The notes: generated by a model from the letters alone, not told the origin. DNA of 63,533 nucleotides, filler included, from Globobulimina sp. (GCA_003354225.1; 37 parts of 37 records of this genome joined end to end with filler, not necessarily neighbours in it); one strand, 5' to 3'; counted from the whole stretch's first letter, positions 11,180-21,653 are shown. Made by a program: numbers and translations.

Positions 11180-11947
11180 TCATGTCTTTTTATATTCCTC
11201 CACTGTGCCATCCTCAACCTCCGGATGCTTAATCTCTCCATTTACATACTCGTGTTTCCATTTGCATTTACTACCCTTCTTACAACCAGTCAACGAATTA
11301 TATTCCCAACAAATCATACTCAAATCCGTCTGCATCACATCCATGCCTCCAATCTCCCGCTCACCGCCATCTCCCTCGCCATGCTCACCGCCATTAACCA
11401 CCGGCGACTGAGAAAGCGAAATCGACGCATCCTTCAATATAGCTTTCACAGATTGCATGGCCAACTTCCTATTCTCCACACTCTCCTCATCAGAGTCCAA
11501 ATTGCGCGGATTCTCCGCCAAATATTGCAACGCTCTCTCACGCAAAGCCTCATCCACATCGCCAGCCACACCACGAATATATTCATCATGGCGCGATATT
11601 ATTTTTTCTTTCTTGTCGTAAAAAACAGTCAGCCATTCCCCACAAATATCGTCGCCCACCGGCTCCAAATATTTCATGTCATCCTCGTCCGTCAACAGCA
11701 ACTTCTTACAATATCCGCGATACTTGATTTTGAGCCATTGGCCCGCCGCATCAAAACTGATATCAATCACCTTCCCATTCCTCCATTTGTGCTGCGACAA
11801 CGAATAGATCCGACACAAGGAACCAAGCTTCCATTTGCCGTCCATCACAGCCGCCGATATCTTAATGATTTTACCCACAAACCACGCTTGCGCCGACACC
11901 GAAAATATACTCACCGCAGAGCCCAAACCCCAGACACCAGACCCCAG
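11180..11947 (-). CDS. Protein with tandem Tudor/Agenet-like modules and a C-terminal CCCH zinc finger (5'-partial)
   Basis: GSAVSIFSVSAQAWFVGKII and WKLGSLCRIYSLSQHKWRNGKVIDISFDAAGQWLKIKY; CWEYNSLTGCKKGSKCKWKH. Confidence 0.7.
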   Translation of the reverse strand: MGSGVWGLGSAVSIFSVSAQAWFVGKIIKISAAVMDGKWKLGSLCRIYSLSQHKWRNGKVIDISFDAAGQWLKIKYRGYCKKLLLTDEDDMKYLEPVGDDICGEWLTVFYDKKEKIISRHDEYIRGVAGDVDEALRERALQYLAENPRNLDSDEESVENRKLAMQSVKAILKDASISLSQSPVVNGGEHGEGDGGEREIGGMDVMQTDLSMICWEYNSLTGCKKGSKCKWKHEYVNGEIKHPEVEDGTVEEYKKT

Positions 11948-12047
11948 NNNNNNNNNNNNNNNNNNNNNNNNNNNNNNNNNNNNNNNNNNNNTTAATTAAT
12001 TAANNNNNNNNNNNNNNNNNNNNNNNNNNNNNNNNNNNNNNNNNNNN

Positions 12048-12222
12048 TTCTAGGACGAATTCCTACTTCTGAACAATAACCATGTGTGACTCGTAGCGTA
12101 TGATATTGCAAACATAGTACGACAATCGTATTTGGTATTACACAGTCGTTTAATATCATGCCTATCGCCCTGATATATCCGTGCACCAAATACAACTGCA
12201 ATTTGACAAGAGATAGTGCCAT
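12048..12222 (-). CDS. N-terminus of a probable PP2C phosphatase with an LVHGYIR..IP..IVVLC motif (3'-partial)
   Basis: THGYCSEVGIRP resembles PP2C motif 1 (G..S..G.R). Confidence 0.5.
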
Positions 12223-12343
12223 TTGTAAGTTACTGAAATTAAAACGACAAATACAGTTTTTATGCCACAGAAAATAAACTGCGACACTAAATCCTCTATT
12301 ACTAAAAGCTCTAGTGGTTATCTAACAAAACTCATCTAACAAA

Positions 12344-13240
12344 ATGCTTCAAATGCTGAGTCAATATAAATATTCCCTCAAATCGAAACGAAATGAAAGT
12401 CTGCAACAACTTGGTTCTAAATACACGAACAGAATCAACCAATTGTTACAACAAAGATCAATTATATCCAATCTCATTCATCAACATTATGATCAAGAAC
12501 TTGCCAAAATTGATAACATCATACAAAATAAAATGCATCAATTACAAAATCTAATTGCTCACAGTTCAAATATAACAGCAGCTGACCATCCAAATGATTC
12601 AATAAATGTCAACGAACAATACAATCAAAATGAACAACCACAGGGTGAGTTAGGAAATATATTAAATAATGATGGTAATAGCTCAAAAGGTGTGAAAGTA
12701 GAACCAGTGGAAAGTGAAAACACACAGTCAATGACACAGAGTGATTCAAATGGCAGTGATTCAAATGCCAAACCAAAAAATATTGAAAACAAAAATCATT
12801 CTAATTCAAGGAATAAAATGAGATCGCGTAGAATTCGAAAATGGAAATGCACAGTGTCTGATTGGAGATATAAATGTAATAAATGTCAATATGCTACAAA
12901 ATGGAACAGTGATTATAAAAAACATATTTTACAACATATATACACATAGCTGCGAAAAATGCAAATATTTTACTCGGTGGAAGGCCAATATACAAAACAT
13001 CTTAAAACACATAAATTTGAATGTAATCAATGTGACTATTCAACCCAATGGAGGTATGAACTAAATGCGCATGACGAAGAACATAAGAATGAAAGGTATA
13101 AATGTCATGACTGTGATTATGCAACAAAATGGATGTATGAATATAACAAACATATTAAAATACATAAATATAAATGTAATCAATGCAGATATTCATGTCG
13201 ATGGCGATATGAGTTAAATGAACACATTAAGAAACATTAA
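12344..13240 (+). pseudogene. C2H2 zinc-finger array gene disrupted by two compensating frameshifts
   Basis: Repeated C..C.Y.T.W...Y..H...H fingers. There is an in-frame TAG at 12947-12949, and the missing finger CEKCKYFTRWK is present in the +1 frame. Confidence 0.75.
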
Positions 13241-13473
13241 GGGTTTGGTTCCCTATTTTTTAAAGAATTTGACAGCAACGCTATATTTTATCAAGTTGAT
13301 TTTGTAAATGTACCATAAACAGTTAAGCAATAATATACCACTAATCTCTCAAATGCTCAGCTGTGGATTCTTAATATCCATGCAAGTTAAGTCGGGTATA
13401 CACTCTGAGCAATTTGCAATGAACAACATAAACAAACACGGTTCATATTCATAAGCATGGTGCAAATATAAAG

Positions 13474-13668
13474 TCACTCAAATTCTTTCAACTTTTTGTC
13501 ACAAATCGCGTCAATTTTTTCTTGTTCCTCCTTAATCAAATCATTCAGAGCCACATTGTATTTATGCACATCATCTTTTGGCAGATATTCATGCATTCGC
13601 TTCGCCTCATTCATGGCCACTTTCATCAAATCCTGACACTGTCGCTTGCACCAATCCCTCCGCGCGGT
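13474..13668 (-). CDS. Probable (mitochondrial-type) ribosome recycling factor, C-terminus (5'-partial; absent from the ORF track)
   Basis: Own translation: CKRQCQDLMKVAMNEAKRMHEYLPKDDVHKYNVALNDLIKEEQEKIDAICDKKLKEFE*, which matches the RRF C-terminal helix pattern. Confidence 0.55.
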   Translation of the reverse strand, partial: TARRDWCKRQCQDLMKVAMNEAKRMHEYLPKDDVHKYNVALNDLIKEEQEKIDAICDKKLKEFE

Positions 13669-13769
13669 NNNNNNNNNNNNNNNNNNNNNNNNNNNNNNNN
13701 NNNNNNNNNNNNTTAATTAATTAANNNNNNNNNNNNNNNNNNNNNNNNNNNNNNNNNNNNNNNNNNNNA

Positions 13770-14126
13770 CTAAACGCAGGAGAAACATTGGTAGAAGGCC
13801 AATGTCTTAAATCCAAGAATGGTGCATACTATGCTCGAATGCAAAAGGATGGTAATTTCGTGGTTTATGTATCAGCACATTTTGTTCCTGCAAATGCTTT
13901 ATGGGCGTCAGGAACACACGGAAAAGGACCAAAACCATACAAAATGGTAATGCAAAACGACAATAATTTTGTTTTATATGATGGTCATAACCATGCAAAA
14001 TGGGCATCTGATACGAATGAAAAAGGACGATCAGGTTCATACTGCGTAATGCAGAGTGATGGTAATTTTGTTGTCTATGATGGAGATAATAAACCAATGT
14101 GGCAGAGTAACACTGTCAGAAAATGA
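13770..14126 (+). CDS. Bulb-type (GNA/B-type) mannose-binding lectin, comitin-like (5'-partial)
   Basis: Three intact QxDxNxVxY sites: QKDGNFVVY, QNDNNFVLY, QSDGNFVVY. Confidence 0.92.
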   Translation, partial: LNAGETLVEGQCLKSKNGAYYARMQKDGNFVVYVSAHFVPANALWASGTHGKGPKPYKMVMQNDNNFVLYDGHNHAKWASDTNEKGRSGSYCVMQSDGNFVVYDGDNKPMWQSNTVRK

Positions 14127-14312
14127 CATGAAAAACTACAAATTAATTTTTGTTTACCTTGCCTTTTAGGCTTTAGATTCATGATTTTATAATGCATGAT
14201 ATAAAAAAATATCTTTTGTAAACAACGGTTAACAACCCATATATCCGGTCATCGTTTCTTTTTGGAATATAAAAGTAGAAGGTTTTACTTTTCTATTTTC
14301 TTTATCGTTAAC

Positions 14313-15389
14313 ATGCAAACCATGTTCACAATTTGGCTTCTTTTTGAAATATTTTTCTATGCAGTATGGGGATTAATAACAATGTTTCCAATATACTCTA
14401 CCATTCGAATCACATCACAAAATACTGCAACTTGGATGAAAAAACGTAATCTTTTTATTTTTTATGCAATGAATATATCGACTATTGTTGCTATTATTTC
14501 TTTTTTATTTTTTGCAATATGTTGCCTTCATTTAAGTAAATTTATGATAAAAGTTTCAACATTAATATGGATGACATCTGTTTTTTTCTGGATTTCTGTA
14601 TTGGTGTTAAAGAATTGGATGATTTATTATCAGTATAAATGGACATTTTACATTCAGCAAACAAAATGGCAACGAATTATTAATCCAAATGTATGTAATA
14701 GTAATAAAAATAAAAAACAAAGTTGGTTTATTGATAATCATCAAACATATGGTAATTATAAATATACTCTTAAATTATTTGGAACAGTCTCTATTTGCTG
14801 CATGACTTTATCAGGAATAGTATGGACTTTATCAGTTACATTAACTACAAATTTTATTATTGGTATTGGTATTTCTTTAAGTTTTACAATGTTAATATAC
14901 ATTCCATGGGTATCAATTTATATATATTCTGTTTGGAATACTCCTCCTTTGGATGATGCATTTAAAATTAATTTAGAATCAAAATTACACGCAAAGTTAT
15001 TATGTATCACAATTCCAAGTCCGTCAATATGTACTTTGTGGTTTATTTTTACCGAAGATTATAGAGCTTTTTTTATTGCCTCATTTATTGGTTCAGTGGT
15101 TTTATTTTGGATGACATTCATATCAACAATTTATATTCCAAAAAAATTGATATTGGATCAAATTGATATAAATAAATATATCGAATATAATAATACTGTT
15201 AATATTACGTTGCAAATGGTATTATCAAATGAAATAACAATGAACTTATTTATGAATCATTTATGTTCAGAGTATGTATTTTAATTTAATTTGATTGACT
15301 CAAATAAAAATAATTAATTATATAGGTATAATATGGAAATATTATTATCTTCGATTGAAATAATGCAATATCAAAATTATGTAAAAAAT
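14313..15389 (+). CDS. 7TM-RGS protein (3'-partial)
   Basis: About seven hydrophobic helices, then LQMVLSNEITMNLFMNHLCSE, an intron at 15272-15325, and YNMEILLSSIEIMQY, which fits RGS helices 3-4. Confidence 0.75.
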
Positions 15390-15489
15390 NNNNNNNNNNN
15401 NNNNNNNNNNNNNNNNNNNNNNNNNNNNNNNNNTTAATTAATTAANNNNNNNNNNNNNNNNNNNNNNNNNNNNNNNNNNNNNNNNNNNN

Positions 15490-17110
15490 AAATAATGCAC
15501 ATCCAGCAATATGTTCACGTGAATATGATCCATAATATTATTGTATTTGTTGGCCATAAAAAATCTCATTGGCTCTCAATCGATCCAGAGCTCTTATAAT
15601 TTATTTAAACTCCATAAGTATATGTCTTTCTATTTTCTAATGCATAACAAATACCATCCATTCCATATCCATTAAACAGCTTGTAATACTTGTGTCTGCT
15701 GACTATGATTTCGTTTGTGTTGACTGTGTTTGCTTGTTCGTTCCTTTTTGTTTACAAAAGGTCACAAAATCGTACCGTTTCTGTGGAAAGAGCCACCCAT
15801 TATGAATTTGTGAGCACTCGTACTTCGAAAACTTTAGATGAAAAAATCTTAAATAACTCTTTCTGTTCCAGTTGACAGAAACGATAATTAAGCTGTTTCT
15901 TACACAAATACTCCTTCGACGAGACAAAAATGTGGGCCGTGCTCATTTCGTTGACGTATATTTTTAGGCAAAGCAGTGCACAGCCATTTTATTGGTCATC
16001 CGATGGTGCAGTACCAAATAAAGTTTGTGTTCAATGGATAGAAGCCGCAGATACAGCAGGAACTTGGACTGATAATTATTTATGCTCAGATACAGATTTT
16101 GGTATCAGATGGAGTATGGAAGTTTAGTTATATTCGTGAGGGTTCTTTTCTTCTTTTCTTTTATATAAATAATATGTAAAGGGCGCCATAAGTGGTATGA
16201 CATGTACCCAAATCTTGGAACCAGCAGAGCCAGACGAGACTACTTGGGATGATAACTTTTTATGTGTTCCTCCGACTTCCCCCTTACATTTCGCATGGAG
16301 TTCAGACGGCGCAATTAGCGGTAAATCATGTGTTCAGATTCATGAACCCTCAGATCCTCATACATGGCATGATAATTATTTATGTTGGGATGCGTGTGAC
16401 TTATTATCGTGTAATAATGGCGCGGCCTGTGACGGTGAAGAAACATGTCAGAATGGTGGATGTGTGGCAGGTACGCCGATAGATTGTGGTTCGTTTCACC
16501 TATGCGATGAGTCGGTGGGCGGGCTATGTGTTGTTGATTGCGATTCGTTTGACATTGATGGTCATTTAGAGTGTTCCGCTTCGTTTGCCTCCCTTCAGAC
16601 TGCGGCGAGTAATTCAGTGACACGCGCAGACGGCGTTGATACGCGTATTGATGGCGTAGATTCGAACTTGTACGAATGCTCACAAATTCATAATGGGTGG
16701 CGAAAACTCCTCAGAAGATATCTACAAATATTGTTGTGGTGACAGTGAAGATACGGAAACAGTGCAAGAACTCGAAAGGGAGTCAAAAACACCAATCAGA
16801 CGATATTCTCTTATTTGAAGATGGACATAAAGCATTGTTAAATCGACAATCGAATGATGCCTTAGATTCATTTTTAAAACATCAATTTAGTGATTTAACA
16901 CCAGAGATAATCCGCGCGCAAGGTTTAGATCCTTTGAATGAAGTATGGACAAATGCAATTTGTATATACTAGTATCTAATACGAGTGAGTTAAATAATGC
17001 ACATCCAGCAATATGTTCACGTGAATATGATCCATAATATTATTGTATTTGTTGGCCATAAAAAATCTCATTGGCTCTCAATCGATCCAGAGCTCTTATA
17101 ATTTATTTAA
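15490..17110. repeat. 119-bp exact terminal direct repeat: circular or tandem unit of 1502 bp
   Basis: 15490-15608 is identical to 16992-17110. Confidence 0.9.
15930..16742 (+). CDS. Secreted Cys/Trp-rich protein with three WSxxG..C.Q..E..D..TW.DNYLC repeats
   Basis: Signal peptide; an intron at 16122-16181 joins WSME|GAISGMTC; then a CNNGAACDGEETC..GC..GTP repeat. The 3' end is probably chimeric after about 16670. Confidence 0.8.
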
Positions 17111-17272
17111 NNNNNNNNNNNNNNNNNNNNNNNNNNNNNNNNNNNNNNNNNNNNTTAATTAATTAANNNNNNNNNNNNNNNNNNNNNNNNNNNNNNNNNN
17201 NNNNNNNNNNACAAGGTACTTTCTAATGCAATATCTAAATAACACTTTTTAAATAACATCCGCCGGACGAAT

Positions 17273-18796
17273 ATGCAGACCGAACCACCACAAAACCAAC
17301 CCGATATAAACAGAATGCAATCTACATTATCGAACCAGCAACAAAAGAATATCTCATTACAAAAACACAATACTTCCTTACGACATCAGTTGGCCACATT
17401 GGACGCAACAAACAGTGCATTGCATGACACACATACCACATTACGACAAAACGTTAATAAATTAAGTAAATCATTGAGTTCCATGGAAACAGATCTGATA
17501 ATATCATTAAAACAACAACAAACTGTGAGTAATGCGGATAATTTCTACGTATTACAGTTAAAAGAACAGGTGTTATCCTTACGGACGCAGTTACTGACTG
17601 AATCTGAAAATGCGCAGCATGGCAGACAACAGGACCGCTTTATTAACGAATTAAAACATACAATTTCAGAAAACGAAAACGCTATAAATCAGTTGAACAA
17701 AGCCAAAGATGAAGAGATTAATACGTTAATCGCAGATAACAAATTTAAAGATAACGATATTGATCAATATATTAACAATATAGAAAGTGCAATCAGTCAA
17801 ATTGAACAACAAAAGTATAAAACAAATGCTATGGAACAAACGTTATTGAACAAAAATGCAAATAATCAGCAAGAAATTGACGAATATACTTCCAAAATGC
17901 TGGCGTTGCGGCATGAAAAAGAGGATAAAATATCTGAGTTAAGTGACCGTGTGATACAAATGGATCAAACGTTCAGTGGTTACAATGTCTCAGTCACTGC
18001 GTTAAAACAAAAAAATACTGATTTGACTGGAAAGAATGAACAATTAATCATTCAAAATATGGCGTTGACCGAACGCAGTAATGGTATGAAAGAATTGTTG
18101 ATTAAGATACAAACATTGGAGCACGAGAATAGACAGTTAGCAGAGGAACAAAATATAGAGATTAAAATGGAAGTGGTTGAGATTGAAGAGGATTATATAC
18201 CAAATATAAACGATGAAAATATAAACCCGAATGTTATGAATAATGAAGAGGAATATGTTGATATTGAGGATGAGGATGATAACATTCGCAATGTGACTGA
18301 TGAGTTTATTGATTTTGAGGATCCGGATATGAATGGAAAGCAAGGATGGCTGGAGAAACAGTCCCGGTTTTTGCGGAAATGGAAGAAGAAATATGTTCGA
18401 ATCGCAGGGGGATATTTTTGTATTTTTGACGATGAAACGTGCAATGAATTTCAATGTGATGCGTTTGATTTGACTGTAATGCAACTGATCTATTCATTTG
18501 ATAATGTGACGGAGTTTGGATTACAAAATAATGAAAATGCAGAGGATGTAATGTCGTTTCGATGTAGTGAAGAATCGGAAGCTGACGAATGGATGACATA
18601 TATTCGACATGTTATGGAGAGTGAAGAGTTTGTGAGTGTTGATACTGAGACAGAAAAGAAGGAGGAGAGTGAGGAGTTGCATGAAGAGTTTGTGAATGTT
18701 AATAATGGTTTGCAGAATGAAAAAGTGCATAAACTGGCTATGGGTTTAAATATTCCAATGGGTGGATCGTTGCTGAAAAGTTACGTTTTTATTTAA
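17273..18796 (+). CDS. Coiled-coil plus PH-domain protein
   Basis: KQGWLEKQSRFLRKWKKKYV...SEADEWMTYIR. Confidence 0.85.
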   Translation: MQTEPPQNQPDINRMQSTLSNQQQKNISLQKHNTSLRHQLATLDATNSALHDTHTTLRQNVNKLSKSLSSMETDLIISLKQQQTVSNADNFYVLQLKEQVLSLRTQLLTESENAQHGRQQDRFINELKHTISENENAINQLNKAKDEEINTLIADNKFKDNDIDQYINNIESAISQIEQQKYKTNAMEQTLLNKNANNQQEIDEYTSKMLALRHEKEDKISELSDRVIQMDQTFSGYNVSVTALKQKNTDLTGKNEQLIIQNMALTERSNGMKELLIKIQTLEHENRQLAEEQNIEIKMEVVEIEEDYIPNINDENINPNVMNNEEEYVDIEDEDDNIRNVTDEFIDFEDPDMNGKQGWLEKQSRFLRKWKKKYVRIAGGYFCIFDDETCNEFQCDAFDLTVMQLIYSFDNVTEFGLQNNENAEDVMSFRCSEESEADEWMTYIRHVMESEEFVSVDTETEKKEESEELHEEFVNVNNGLQNEKVHKLAMGLNIPMGGSLLKSYVFI

Positions 18797-18932
18797 TTTA
18801 TAGCGATGTTATGTAGATTAGTTGTGTGTTNNNNNNNNNNNNNNNNNNNNNNNNNNNNNNNNNNNNNNNNNNNNTTAATTAATTAANNNNNNNNNNNNNN
18901 NNNNNNNNNNNNNNNNNNNNNNNNNNNNNNAG

Positions 18933-19242
18933 GGTTCTGGCAAATGGTCGCATTTTACTGTCGAGAGTCTTACGATGAAAAATGTGTGACAAGCTATTGT
19001 GTTGACGGAGTATTATTCGAGCAGCAAGAACGAGACATGCAAGTTCAAAGTGGAGGACATCACATATAAAGATATCACGTGGCAGCAAGAAAGTGGGGCA
19101 AATCATGTGTCAGCCTTCCATGCCATGCACCGGTATCAAATTGAATAATGTTCATATTTCGGGTGGTACGCAATTGTGGGATTGTTCGGAGGCTTCTGTG
19201 AGTGCGACCTCTGTGACGCCCGCAATCAGTTGTAAAAAATGA
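18933..19242 (+). pseudogene. GH28 polygalacturonase-like C-terminus with an in-frame TGA and a frameshift
   Basis: LTMKNV*QAIVLTEYY...KVEDITYKDIT, then a +1 shift near 19080, then GSKKVGQIMCQPSMPCTGIKLNNVHI...C*. Confidence 0.65.
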
Positions 19243-19327
19243 CCATTTCAATTTGTAACATACAGAATTTTAATATTCTTGTATAAATTTAATTAAGTAT
19301 TCATCTTAGTAAAAAACACTTGAGTCG

Positions 19328-20437
19328 ATGGGCAACAGTCAAAAAAAAGCTCACCGCCGCTTAATGGAAGAAGAAGAGAAGTCCACTCATCCGATTCCGA
19401 GCTGGAATGCGCACGCATCGCAACCCGACTTCCTCTCTCCTCAGATTGAAAGGAGTCCGTTCCATATCCATGCGACAGATAAAACAGTTTATTGCACCAC
19501 GAACAATGCGGCCCTCCCAGACAGCAGTGGCATTTTCTGCTGCGACCTGTGGAACAATGAGACGCATAAAACCATCAAATTGTGGCACCATGTGGAGGAT
19601 TATCAGCCGCTCGGATGTTCATATATTTACAATGAAACAGAAAAGGAAATCATATTTGTAGGTGGCCACGATGGCAGTGTTTATTATGAATGCGTCGCGG
19701 TATACAATTTGGAGTCGGACACACTCAAAAAAATAGATTTGGGAATGTCGATTGGGACGTCGCCGAGGTTGCAGTTGATATTCACCAATGATTTGCATAT
19801 TATTGGAGGTGCGGAGAGCGACCATCATATCATCTTCAATTTGTCCACAAATGTGATAAATAAATTCCATTCCTTCAAACAGGAAACGTGCGACATGCAA
19901 CAAGTTATGAATGCGGGCTTTCTGTACTCAAAACTGACGAACACGATGGTATTTTTTGGTGGCTATTCGTGGAAAACAAAGACTTTTTGCAACAACCTTT
20001 GGATGCTAAACTTGAACGCGTCGCCATATTTAGTTAATGGATATATTGCGGAGAAATATAAAAGCGGCAAATGGGAGTTTTCATTGAATCGCATTGTTCT
20101 AAAATACATTGGAAAATATACACATTCTCAGTGGCAAATAAATAAAAGAAAGCGAATGATGAAAAATCTAGAGTCCTTCGGATACGTTTTGTATGACTAC
20201 AGAATTATTGTTACTTTTGGCGGACAACAGCAAAAATATAAGTGCATCGACAATATTTATTACACGGATCTGGTAAATGATGATGGACCTTGGATAGAAT
20301 CAAAATTAAAATGCCCGCTGCCTGGTGCATGTAATGCATTGCTCGTTGACCAAACAGTTCACATTCTTCCATATTGGACATACAATCAACATTATTCCAT
20401 TAATATTGCACAGATATTGCCCTCTGCATTACTTTGA
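19328..20437 (+). CDS. Kelch-repeat beta-propeller protein
   Basis: Blades IIFVGG, LHIIGG, MVFFGGY and IVTFGG. Confidence 0.85.
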   Translation: MGNSQKKAHRRLMEEEEKSTHPIPSWNAHASQPDFLSPQIERSPFHIHATDKTVYCTTNNAALPDSSGIFCCDLWNNETHKTIKLWHHVEDYQPLGCSYIYNETEKEIIFVGGHDGSVYYECVAVYNLESDTLKKIDLGMSIGTSPRLQLIFTNDLHIIGGAESDHHIIFNLSTNVINKFHSFKQETCDMQQVMNAGFLYSKLTNTMVFFGGYSWKTKTFCNNLWMLNLNASPYLVNGYIAEKYKSGKWEFSLNRIVLKYIGKYTHSQWQINKRKRMMKNLESFGYVLYDYRIIVTFGGQQQKYKCIDNIYYTDLVNDDGPWIESKLKCPLPGACNALLVDQTVHILPYWTYNQHYSINIAQILPSALL

Positions 20438-20843
20438 TTTCTATTATTTACAATTTTGAGTCTTTTTGCAAGGAACAACACCGTTACTAGTCGAATAAAA
20501 GCAACACAGCCTTACGAATATCCGAATAATCCGCTGGTATTATCCTTGCGNNNNNNNNNNNNNNNNNNNNNNNNNNNNNNNNNNNNNNNNNNNNTTAATT
20601 AATTAANNNNNNNNNNNNNNNNNNNNNNNNNNNNNNNNNNNNNNNNNNNNCATTAGTTAGTTACTATACCAATAATGAGTATGATATCTTGAATTCTGAA
20701 TTTGTTATTGGATTATGATGGGATTCTGAAGAAATTATGACAAATATTTTATACTTTGTATTTTTATAATTCTAAAATTGAACATTGTTATCTCACACTT
20801 ATTGACAGAGTGCCACCATTATCCACTAAATTAACACACAACA

Positions 20844-21574
20844 ATGGGAAGGAAGAAAATCGCTATCAAACCAATTGAAAACGCATCAAGTCGTCGTGCT
20901 ACATTTGAAAAAAGAAGAATCGGCGTACTCAAGAAAGCTATGGAATTATCCATATTATGCAACTGCACAATTTCGCTCACAATTGAACGACGAATCGAAG
21001 GCGATTTACAAATTTATTCATCCGACCCCTATGATGAAGTGATTGAGAGATACCAACAATTTGAAGGAACATACAGACTGTTGACCAATGAGCACCTTCA
21101 AGATATGGTGCCGGGTAAAATGTCATCCAATCAGATTGGCTTCAATGTGCGCAAAAACACCAATGTATACAATGCAAATGGTTATGGTCAGGATGCTGCA
21201 GAACAAATGCATAGACGTCCTCATCCAATGTCAGCTATGGAGATAATACCCAGTGTTCTATGGCAATGCCAACAATGCCAACAATGCCAACAATGCCATT
21301 TAATGGATACGTGGCTGAAATGGATGAATATCGATATCATTTTATGGATTCTGTACCACCAACAATGCCACCACCAATGAGCAGCAATCATAATTACAGA
21401 AAGAGGTCATTTAAAGACATTAGTCACATTACTGATGCTGACACGGATGAATATCGATTATACCCACCGCCAATGAAACAATTTAAAATCGACAGAAAAA
21501 ATTCAAACGACACAAGTAATACAAATACCATCGAATCTTATGAAAGTATGATAGCACTTACTCCGCCATCTTAG
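20844..21574 (+). CDS. MADS-box (SRF/MEF2-type) transcription factor; frame change near 21165-21250
   Basis: [39 protein letters not shown]. The C-terminus continues in another frame, through either a candidate 50-nt intron at 21165-21214 or an indel. Confidence 0.9.
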
Positions 21575-21653
21575 GTGCAGTACATGCGCTCTTTTGTTTG
21601 TTTAAATAATTTGTTTTAATTTAAAAATTAAAAAATTTACAATCAATAAAAAT

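Noticed and set aside
10994..11947. 333-aa plus-strand ORF and similar antisense ORFs (for example 35405-35989 and 40367-40906)
   Set aside because: They are shadows of the real genes on the opposite strand and contain no recognisable motifs.
12947..19242. Alternative genetic code (TAG, TGA or TAA read-through), suggested by in-frame stops at 12947, 18987 and 42327
   Set aside because: Each stop co-occurs with frameshifts, the three codons differ, and intact conserved genes end normally with TAA, TAG or TGA.
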